This document shows, piece by piece, positions 49,090 through 57,309 of a stretch of 64,000 nt of DNA. The translations under genes were made by a program, and so were the position numbers. Under the pieces are notes generated by a model. The model searched no databases and was not told the origin of the DNA. It worked only from the letters and a program-made list of their open reading frames with translations. Numbering within the stretch: position 1 is the stretch's first letter; every line of letters starts with the position of its first letter. The stretch comes from Escherichia coli (GTDB lineage Bacteria > Bacillota_I > Bacilli_A > RFN20 > CAG-826): positions 5,286 to 69,285 of the forward strand of contig CAVGNR010000004.1 in assembly GCA_963630675.1 (NCBI GenBank), given 5' to 3'.

Positions 49090-49823
49090 TAACCTCCGTT
49101 AATGCGCGATTTGATGTTTTTGGGAACGATTAGGTTCCAGTCCTTGTTAAAGGTTACGCTTTTGAATTCGCCCTTCATGAGATAGTTCGTCTTGTCCGTC
49201 AAATGTAATTTGCATCGATTGAAGAAATTATCAGATAGATTCAATTGGTCATTATAACTCTCAAGCAAGTATCCTACCTTTTGGTATAAGAATGTTTTTC
49301 CACAATCATCTAAGATCTTGATTAATTTTTCCTCTTTCAAATATTTAATTTGCTCGAGAGCGTTGAGCACTTCTTCTATCCCGCCGGAGAAATCTATCTC
49401 GTCAATGCAGTCTACGATTGTTTTCTCAAGTGATGTAACCCTTACCCCCTCACTGATGACGTCATTCACGAACGCTACACTTTTAGAGCGCTTGTAAATG
49501 TACTCATTGTCACCGAAAATGAAATCGTTGAATTTCGTGAGGCTTCCGACCGTGATGTCATTAAAGACCTGATTCGCTATCCCATAGTATTCAAGAGCGG
49601 AATGAAAGCAAATGAAGGAAGTCTCCGAGATGCTGCTTGCAATCTCGAACTTGGTCGAATAAATATCGTTCGTCGAAGGATCGATTAAAGCATACAGGTT
49701 GTTTCGTATTTTCACATAGATATTTGATTTAAGCTTATTCGAAATCCAGTTCGAATACTGCTTATCGTCTTTGAATTGATTTATAACTTTTTCTTTCGTT
49801 ATTATTTTCGGCAACAGTTCCAT
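49086..49823 (-). CDS. AbiEi-family antitoxin / transcriptional regulator
   Basis: The size, its position directly upstream of AbiEii, and the ETSFICFHSALEYYGIANQ segment are typical of AbiEi. Confidence 0.7.
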   Translation of the reverse strand: MELLPKIITKEKVINQFKDDKQYSNWISNKLKSNIYVKIRNNLYALIDPSTNDIYSTKFEIASSISETSFICFHSALEYYGIANQVFNDITVGSLTKFNDFIFGDNEYIYKRSKSVAFVNDVISEGVRVTSLEKTIVDCIDEIDFSGGIEEVLNALEQIKYLKEEKLIKILDDCGKTFLYQKVGYLLESYNDQLNLSDNFFNRCKLHLTDKTNYLMKGEFKSVTFNKDWNLIVPKNIKSRINGGY

Positions 49824-50679
49824 CTCACACCTCTTATATTACCAATTTTACACCAAATTACTTATATTAACAAGTGTTTTAGTCACATTATGGTAATGTT
49901 AATTGAAAACTAATGGCTGTTGGCAATATTAGAATTTTTGGAATGTAAAAGTCTTATTTCTTCGCCTGAGAGTTTTTTTGAATGAACTCTCCACTCAAAC
50001 CGACGAAATGATAGAAAAGCCTCAGATTTGAGCATTTATCCGCCCTGTTTGATAATATATTCCCAAATTTAATTGTTGCCTGAGAGTATTTCTTAGAGTG
50101 GCAAGTGATTTTTGACCTAAAAACTCCTTTATTACCTAAGGAAAAATCCTACTTTAGGGGAGTGGAAGGGACTTGAATACCCAAAAGAGTTTTTTTGAGT
50201 CAGTCGCTTCTAATAGCCGCTAAAAAGAACGAAAAAACGATAACACCAGATTTTGCTCTTTCCAACGTAGCAACATACAAGCTCCAACCACAATTCCAAG
50301 CAACGGAGATGGCTTTCCATCCCTCGAGGGCTTCTTCGTTGAAACCGACAGATAAGCTCTTGGAGTCACTTCATTCGTATTTCATGTTTCTATTTATCAT
50401 TTCTTTTCCAACAATTTCTTATGTTTTTCACGATAGGATCGAAGAGCTCCATCTTAAGCCTTTCTCTTTTGTAGATGGTGGACCTTTGGCAAACACCAAA
50501 GTCTATGTTCTTTATCTTTAAACGCTTTTTGGCATACCGTCTGTCACTTTTGCCGTTCTTGCCAATTTTAGTATTGGGATTGATTATGTGAATTCTCACA
50601 CCATCGACTAACCATTCATTCCAAAGGGGAATAGAAAAAACCTCCTAATTATGAAACTAAGAGGTTAGATTCTCAATGA

Positions 50680-50738
50680 TGGTGCCTGGCGCGAGAGTCG
50701 AACTCGCATGGATTTCTCCGAACGATTTTGAGTTTTGC
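50680..50738 (-). repeat. Partial duplicate of the 3' half of tRNA-Leu(CAA) (att-like direct repeat)
   Basis: 50680-50733 is identical to 57064-57117 (54 nt). Five more nt match after a 2-nt indel. Confidence 0.9.
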
Positions 50739-51357
50739 TAGGATTTCCGAAGGAGAAGCAACTTATCGCGATACATGGATTGGAACTGCCAAATATCCCG
50801 ATGATTGCTAGCCTTCGCCGAATCGGCTTTTGAGCCTTGAGGAAACGAGAAGAGCCTTTTTTTGTTTCGCGTTCCTTCCAAAAGAGTGGAAACGGCAAGT
50901 GGAGATGGATTTCCACTCTTTTTTCCAATTGTTCTTGGAAGCTTTGCGCGGAAACCAATTTCGCCTGGGAAGCGTGAGTGGAAACAGGAATCTAACCTCT
51001 TGTCTTCCCACCGATATTTTACCATATCTAGTCGTTTTTTTGATGGAGTTTCGTCCTTGCGATTTAGCTCTCGTCTTGGGGACTAGAATGGGCATGGTGT
51101 TGACCGATTTCGTACCTAAGGGGACGATGACCTCACGCTTATGCTTGCCTTGGCGGCGCTCGGCCTCATCCCCCTGTGGAATAAACTACCCCATTTACGC
51201 GAAGATCCTAAAAGAGAGGAAACAGAAATACGCGTTCGAGATTGTCGAGCTCGCGAAAGAGATATCCGAGAAAGAATAAAGAAAGTATGAACAAAAACGA
51301 AATTAGACGAAAAACAGGCGAATTATTTAAGAAGAAGCAAAAGCACTTAACTGATCT

Positions 51358-52988
51358 TTAATGGTCGTTTAAGGCGACTTTTACCGTCTTCAGCAAATCG
51401 CCTTTTTTGTGGTTTCCCCAAGGCGTGAGCGCATAAATCCTATACTCGATATCGTTGCTTTTAGCATAAAGGCTAAGTTCTTCGACGCCGCCGCTAATCG
51501 CGGAGGTGTCCGTAATGTAGCAATAGTACATCCAGTTCCCATGCAAATAGGAATCTTTGTCATCCTCAAGAGCCTTGCCGGATTCAACCTTGTTTTCCGC
51601 TGTACTATCGAGGACGGACGTCCTTAATATGCAAGCGCCGCCAAAATCCGAATAATATATCGTTGCAGAAACGTAATAGATGTCTTCGAAGTCATCAGCA
51701 ATGCCGGTGATGGTTTCCGTGTGATACCTAACGTAATCATCGATGGAATCGAAGACACCTAAGCTTCTTTGAGACCCAGAAGTCTTTATGTCTTGCTGAT
51801 CAACTTGTTTGTTATCTAATACCCTAATTTGAAAAGTGAAATCATTGTTTTCCTTGGAACAGAAATATCCTTTCTTGGCTAAAGAGGCTTCTATTTTTGG
51901 AAATTTTCCGTTGATGGAATTGATTATGTTGTTTCTAAGGACTTCCGCGGAATCCCCTCCTAAAATGCTGTATGCATCTTTCGTGGAAACGACGATATCA
52001 TCCGCAGAAACCTTTTTATCCGAATAAATCGTAGATGCGATTTTTCCTCTTAAGAGTGAATAGAGACTGGTCTCCCCTTTCTTGAAATAGTCCTGATAGG
52101 ATATATCGATTATGGTATCCGTATTAAAGTCCCTAACGATTTTGAATCTAAAGCTCTTCTTTTCGGAAACATTCCCTGAACTATCTTTCACCGTGAATGT
52201 GCCAGTGATTTCGTCGCCGGCATATAGAACATCGGACTTTTTCGTGAAGGAAACACCCTTTAGTATCGGCTTTTCGTCCTTGTCGATCACCCCGACGTTT
52301 CTATATTTGAAATTTTCACAAATTATGGATGTTAAATAATCATCAAGCGTGCCGGCTTTCGCTTGGTCGGCGTAATCGGAGTAGTTTATTTCGCGTTCGA
52401 TATCTTCCGTGATAGGAGGGACGGTGTCCTTGATTTCGACGTAAACCGGGGTGAGCTGAGCATTCATTGTCGAATCGGCAACATAAATCCCATCTTTTCT
52501 CCGTCATGAGCGTCGTTTTGAGCCACAACAGCTGTTGGCTATCGAATACTTTTTTGAATAGGGCCTGTTCCTTTGACGTATTCAACCTTAGTGACGATCT
52601 TTTCATCTTCAGCGAAGGAAATGCGGTTCTTTTTAGCTGCATCGGCATCCAACGTCGCATAAAAAAACGTATGGGCGGACCTGCTGTTGTTAGAGTTCGT
52701 TCCAATGCCGAACAATTTCACGTCGATATCATCATCGGTGTAATCGGTTCCGGTGTAATTGAAGGCGAAAGCGCTGTTTTGGACGGCGCTGGCGTCGACA
52801 ACCATATGGTAGGCGTTCTCGATATCCTCTTTTTTGCTTTCTGCTGCGTTCTCGTCTTTCAGATAGTTCATGCCGAAATTGGTGGGCAATACATGTAACT
52901 CCGTTTTGTCGTTGCCGCCACAGGCCGATAAAAACAATGAGCCCATTGATAGTGCGGCTGCCAGGGCAAATGTGCTGATCTTTTTCAT
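51358..52988 (-). pseudogene. Surface lipoprotein gene, probably disrupted by an in-frame TAG and a 1-nt frameshift
   Basis: AAGGAG RBS, then MKKISTFALAAALSMGSLFLSAC (lipobox). The frame ends at the TAG at 52539-52541. Reading on, ...PTAVVAQNDAHDGEK joins DGIYVADSTMNAQLTPVY... if one base is changed in the T4 run at 52495-52498. The 369-aa downstream ORF has no signal peptide or RBS of its own. Confidence 0.5.
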
Positions 52989-53062
52989 TTTTGCTCCTTT
53001 GATTCGACTGTTGTGCTTTTGCAAAAGCGTCTCAACCTTGGCCGCTTATCGCTCCGCAAATT

Positions 53063-53476
53063 CTAAGGCAATACCGTATATTGAAATTTGGAGAGGTCCA
53101 CAAACTCCAAAGGAGATGACGACGCGGCCGAATAAATGGCGCTTGGATCGCTCATTTCGCGGACCTCGTATTTCCCTTTGGCTATCAGTTTAACCCAGAT
53201 TATCCTCGTGGCGTTGTTTTGGGCGAAATGAGCTTTGTCGTTTTTGTATCCGGTACCCTTCACCTCAAATGTATCATTCCCCAAATATCCGTCTAAATGG
53301 TTCTTATGGCTTATGGTAAAGCCGATTTTGTTAGCGGCGATGGATTCGCTCACTTGGGAGTCGAATTTGGGGTTGCCTTTGATTTTCAGGCTCGCTCTTG
53401 CGCCATAAAAACTGTCATAAGCGGCTAGATACTTATTGATGGACGCCAAATTGAGAGGGACGATGTGCTTCGCCAT
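53063..53476 (-). CDS. Hypothetical 137-aa protein with a D...ExK pattern (possible PD-(D/E)xK fold)
   Basis: Clean ORF. HLDGYLGNDTFEVKGTG resembles a nuclease core. No clear RBS. Confidence 0.45.
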   Translation of the reverse strand: MAKHIVPLNLASINKYLAAYDSFYGARASLKIKGNPKFDSQVSESIAANKIGFTISHKNHLDGYLGNDTFEVKGTGYKNDKAHFAQNNATRIIWVKLIAKGKYEVREMSDPSAIYSAASSSPLEFVDLSKFQYTVLP

Positions 53477-53544
53477 GAACGTTTTTCAATTTTTGAAAGC
53501 GATCGTTTCACGATAAGATCAAGATAGTCTATTGCTGCAAATGA

Positions 53545-54228
53545 TTAGGCCATCTTGGCCATTTTGCTGTATGTTTCCTTAACCTGATTCCGGATATTTC
53601 TTGGAACGCCGTTTCCGACAAGCAATCCGTTGAATCCGCTGATATAGGACTTTAAGGGAACCATGATGGATTCTTTGAAACCTGAAATTATGTTCTTTGA
53701 TCCCGAGAAAGCTGCTTTGTTCGTTTGGATGACGCTGTCGGCAATCGTGTTCCCCAATACGCACATAAGAGCTGCGACTAAATTATATGTTTTGAAGTTT
53801 ATTGTCCCTTTGTGCTTGAGCATTTCGCCAACCGGGCCATACAACGGGCAAATAAGTTTCGCTGCTTCATCGATGGTCTCACTTTTACCATATGTGATGA
53901 TTGTTTTAATTGCCAAAATGAAATTGCTGTTCGTCAAAACCAAAACGTTTTTTCTGCCGATGTCGATGACGTCGTTCGTTTTCTTCGCAAGCACCCTATT
54001 AATCAACATTGAATCGTTTTCGTTCTCTCGGCTTCCATTCAAGGCTCGGGATACCATGTCATTCTCCCCATCGGCCATCCCACCATGCAAAATGCATTTT
54101 AGAACGAAAATCGAGTAATCCGCATCGGTGAGTGCGAGCCCCATATTGAGTCTGAGGGCGTTGTTCATCTCAAGGTAATTTCCTCTTTGCTCGATTTCTT
54201 CTAATTGTTTCTTTAGTGTTTCCTCCAT
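53545..54228 (-). CDS. Hypothetical 227-aa protein, no family recognised
   Basis: Clean ORF with a GGAGG RBS 6 nt upstream of the ATG. Confidence 0.6.
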   Translation of the reverse strand: MEETLKKQLEEIEQRGNYLEMNNALRLNMGLALTDADYSIFVLKCILHGGMADGENDMVSRALNGSRENENDSMLINRVLAKKTNDVIDIGRKNVLVLTNSNFILAIKTIITYGKSETIDEAAKLICPLYGPVGEMLKHKGTINFKTYNLVAALMCVLGNTIADSVIQTNKAAFSGSKNIISGFKESIMVPLKSYISGFNGLLVGNGVPRNIRNQVKETYSKMAKMA

Positions 54229-54282
54229 GTTTTTCCTCCGTTTTTAGATAAATCATTTTATTTAGAATCTACTGGAATTTTA

Positions 54283-54291
54283 CCCCCCCCC
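54283..54291. promoter_or_regulatory. C9 (G9 on the coding strand) homopolymer inside the putative promoter spacer of the 227-aa gene
   Basis: On the minus strand: TTGATT (54302-54297), a 14-nt spacer ending in G9, then TAAAAT (54282-54277), about 49 nt upstream of the ATG. Confidence 0.5.
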
Positions 54292-54424
54292 GCAAAAATC
54301 AAGATTTAAACGAAAAAGGTGGCTATCTAACATTTTTTCGCAAAATGCGAAATATTTCGGTTGTTGTATTTGAGATGTTTTCAAAAAACAGGACTCCTTG
54401 TTAAGAAATCCTGCTTTGCTTGGC

Positions 54425-54706
54425 TTATTTTTGCATCTCTTTCTGATTCGAGACGACGTTCCCCATCTCGTCGTCCTTCGTCTTGTCGGAGAAGTAGTCG
54501 CCGAACTTCGTGATGGTCGATCTGTGCTGGGCGTCGTCGAAATGTGCGTAGATGCCTTCGGTCGTCGTGATCGTGGAATGCCCCAGGAACTTCTGGATGT
54601 CCTCCATCGGGACGCCAGTGTGCCTGAGCATGGTCGCCCAGGTATGCCTTAGATCATGGAAACGTATCACCCTGAGCTTGAATGAATCTTTTTCTTCTTC
54701 AATTTT
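54425..54706 (-). pseudogene. Tyrosine recombinase/integrase remnant (C-terminal about 90 codons only)
   Basis: ...FKLRVIRFHDLRHTWATMLRHTGVPMEDIQKFLGHSTITTTEGIYAHF keeps the HxLRHT, LGH and catalytic Tyr boxes. The upstream frame closes at 54707-54709 and the sequence turns AT-rich. Confidence 0.8.
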
Positions 54707-54840
54707 TTACAATGAGCGCCATACATTCTTGCCGCATTTTCACAGCAATATTTCCTCAAGGTAATTGAAAACTTCGTTAATTTACAGGAACATTTGTGAA
54801 AGTTTAGAACATACTTTAAATTAGCAGTAATGTAATCAAC

Positions 54841-54875
54841 TTTCAAAACTTTAAAAAAATTACAGTTTCGAAAGT
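54841..54875. repeat. Upstream copy of a direct repeat of about 35 bp flanking ATPase gene 2
   Basis: TTTCAAAACTTTAAAAAA is identical to 56451-56468. The next 16 nt match at 13 of 16 after a 1-nt indel. Confidence 0.85.
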
Positions 54876-54914
54876 CTATGGTAAAATATAAGCGCAAGGA
54901 AGGAGAAGAAATCC

Positions 54915-56117
54915 GTGAAAATTCTTGAACGCACTACATATCTCGATAGATTGATGAGGCTCAAAGGTACTCCAGACATCAAAATCATAACAGGGCTACG
55001 GAGATCCGGAAAGTCGGAATTACTACGCCAATACATCGAAAAGGTGAAAAGTTCGAACACAATGGTTAACATCATCTATATAGATTATGCGGACTTAGCC
55101 TTCGAAGAATTGAGAAACTACAAAAAGCTTTATGAGTATGTCGAAGCCCATTATATAAACGGCATGGACAACATGCTTTTTGTGGACGAAGTGCAGATGT
55201 GCGACAAGTTTGAGCTTGCCATCAACAGTTTTCACAACAGCAGAAAATATGACATATACATCACAGGCTCAAACGCTTTTTTACTGAGCTCAGATCTTTC
55301 CACTTTGTTCACGGGGCGATATATCGAAATGCCCGTTTTCCCATTCAGTCTTTCCGAGTTCTGTGCTTATTTTGGAAAAAGTGACAAAGATTCCTCTCTT
55401 TTGGAAAAATATCTAAGAGAAGGAGGCCTCTCTGGATCCTATCTATACGCAGAACCTTCCGATAAAACGGCATACATCAAGGACGTGTTCAACACGCTTA
55501 TCAAGAGGGACCTGATTGAAAAATATCATATCCTCGAAGAATCTAGAATGGACTCTTTGGTGGATTTCTTAATGGACAACATCTCAAATCTGACTTCTCC
55601 AAACAAAATCAGTGAATTTTTAGAGAAAAATGACAAAATGGCGAACCACGTCACCATAGGAAATTACTTAAAATACCTTTGCAGTGCATTTCTGTTTTAT
55701 CGCGTTCGCAGATATGACCTAAAAGGAAAAAAGTATTTAGAAACGATTGAAAAGTACTATTTGAGTGATTTATCTTTCCGATACGCTCTCCTCGGCTCGA
55801 GAAACTTGGATTATGGAAGAGCATACGAAAACATGGTTGCAATCGAGCTCATGAGGCGCGGATACGAGATTTACGTTGGAAAACTTTACCAAAAAGAAAT
55901 TGATTTCGTGGTCATAAAGCAAAATGAAAAAATCTACATTCAGGTATCGGACGATATTTCTTTGGCAGAAACCTTGCAACGCGAATTGACACCTTTGAAG
56001 CTGATTAAGGATTCTTACCCAAAACTTTTGATTGCTAACACGAAACATGAAACTTACGACATCGAGGGAATCAAGGTTTGTGATTTAACCAAATGGCTAT
56101 TAGCCAAGGAAAGTTGA
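54915..56117 (+). CDS. AAA+ ATPase of the COG1373 type (AAA_14 + DUF4143), second copy
   Basis: GTG start with an AGGAG RBS. Walker A ITGLRRSGKSE and Walker B LFVDEVQ. Same architecture as 45307-46635 but divergent in sequence. Confidence 0.75.
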   Translation: MKILERTTYLDRLMRLKGTPDIKIITGLRRSGKSELLRQYIEKVKSSNTMVNIIYIDYADLAFEELRNYKKLYEYVEAHYINGMDNMLFVDEVQMCDKFELAINSFHNSRKYDIYITGSNAFLLSSDLSTLFTGRYIEMPVFPFSLSEFCAYFGKSDKDSSLLEKYLREGGLSGSYLYAEPSDKTAYIKDVFNTLIKRDLIEKYHILEESRMDSLVDFLMDNISNLTSPNKISEFLEKNDKMANHVTIGNYLKYLCSAFLFYRVRRYDLKGKKYLETIEKYYLSDLSFRYALLGSRNLDYGRAYENMVAIELMRRGYEIYVGKLYQKEIDFVVIKQNEKIYIQVSDDISLAETLQRELTPLKLIKDSYPKLLIANTKHETYDIEGIKVCDLTKWLLAKES

Positions 56118-56450
56118 ATTCGGTTACTCTTTGAAAGCGACCATATAATATGTCCGATATCTTTCATTCTTGGAGAAATGGGGCTCAACTGAACTTGAAA
56201 TTTTCATATTCCTTATTGTCGCCAAAATCAAGCCGCGCCCTGACGATTTTGAACTTTTGAAATGAACCTTAACCAATTGCGTTACATTTATTCAACCAAT
56301 TCAAGCGATTATTCCAGAACTCTCTTTTATCTCTTCGATAGCCTGTTTTTTTACACTTTTGCAATATCGCCATTCCATTTGTGTTGCAAACACTTCTCTG
56401 ATTAAAAAAAGTCGTTAGGTTCAATTGTAAAGAAGCAAAGCGCCGTTCGT

Positions 56451-56484
56451 TTTCAAAACTTTAAAAAATTGCAATTTTGAAAGT
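56451..56484. repeat. Downstream copy of the direct repeat flanking ATPase gene 2
   Basis: See 54841-54875. Confidence 0.85.
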
Positions 56485-57063
56485 GGAAAATGGGACAGAA
56501 CTGAGGAAACGTTTCCATATAAAACAATATTTTTTCAAACAATAGGACTATGCTGAAACTCTTTGAACCTTCTTTTTTCCGTTTCTCCTTTGTCTTCATA
56601 GTAATTTCCAAACAAGACTGAAATGCTATCAATAAAGTGGACATGGACAGGACGCCCATAGCCACCTTATTATTTGAACGTCCTCATGGCCCAGTCGACT
56701 TTGTATCTCATCCCGTCGCTTTACAGATTTGCCAAATCTCATTTAACACTTTTGCGATGTTCAGCTTAAGAATCGGGCTAAATTGAACTACACAAGGCTT
56801 GAAACAAAAGGTTTCATAAAATGAGCAAAGCGCCGTTTTTCCTCGCTAGCAATAGCGGTATCGGCAACAATTTGAATGGAAACTAAACTGCCACTAAAGC
56901 CCTATTGTGTCGAGGAAAAAGAAAAATCCCTTGATTAAAATAATAGAAAGTTGAGCGGAGAATCGCTTTTTTAATGCCGTTTTAGAATGATCTCTTTTTA
57001 TCGAAGATAGAAATGGGCAAACAAAAAGCCCCATATCATCATATGGGACAAATGCAAGCTGTT

Positions 57064-57147
57064 TGGTGCCTGGCGCGAGAGTCGAACTCGCATGGATTTC
57101 TCCGAACGATTTTGAGTCGTTTGCGTCTACCATTCCGCCAGCTAGGC
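57064..57147 (-). tRNA. tRNA-Leu (anticodon CAA)
   Basis: Folded by hand as an 84-nt cloverleaf: acceptor GCCUAGC/GCCAGGC, D arm GCG-GAAUGGUAGA-CGC, anticodon arm AACGA-CUCAAAA-UCGUU, long variable arm, T arm GCGAG-UUCGACU-CUCGC, encoded CCA. There is one A5-C68 mismatch in the acceptor stem. Confidence 0.85.
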
Positions 57148-57272
57148 ACGGGAAGTATTATATATAATCATGACGCCCTTTTCAAAACAAATATCATAGC
57201 TAATACGCTTCATGAGAAAGATTTATGAAAATTGGCATCCTTTTGATGATTTTTTCTCTCTTTAAGAGATAG

Positions 57273-57301
57273 AGCCCGACGCATTTTTCATACGTCGGGC
57301 T
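57273..57301 (-). terminator. GC-rich hairpin just downstream of the aminopeptidase gene
   Basis: AGCCCGACG-11 nt-CGTCGGGCT. No clear U tract. Confidence 0.45.
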
Positions 57302-57309
57302 TACCTAAA

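Larger units (their letters stand above)
50680..57147. mobile_element. Degenerate tRNA-Leu-associated integrative island (integrase reduced to a stump)
   Basis: Bounded by the tRNA gene and the duplicated tRNA 3' half. Contains a recombinase remnant and visibly GC-richer segments. Confidence 0.65.

Noticed and set aside
50390-50640. Small minus-strand ORF next to the att repeat, considered as a possible integrase or excisionase N-terminus
   Set aside because: An AGGAGG lies upstream, but there is no canonical start codon at the right distance and no recognisable Arm-binding, HTH or recombinase motif. Downstream frames do not continue into a recombinase.
50665-51279. Five mutually overlapping ORFs of 74-149 aa in several frames
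   Set aside because: The overlap, the lack of RBS and the non-protein-like sequences indicate a stop-poor GC-richer segment rather than genes. I kept it only as a finding about the segment itself.
52343-52705. 120-aa ORF spanning the junction of the two lipoprotein fragments
   Set aside because: It is the third frame across the disrupted region, with an Arg/Met-rich, non-protein-like sequence. It is better explained as a by-product of the frameshifted lipoprotein gene.
54667-54897. 76-aa minus-strand ORF between the integrase stump and ATPase gene 2
   Set aside because: AT-rich junk-like translation. It overlaps the flanking repeat and the ATPase promoter.
56453-57133. ORFs 56453-56665 and 56894-57133 on the minus strand
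   Set aside because: The first overlaps the downstream flanking repeat and has no RBS. The second overlaps the tRNA-Leu gene itself.
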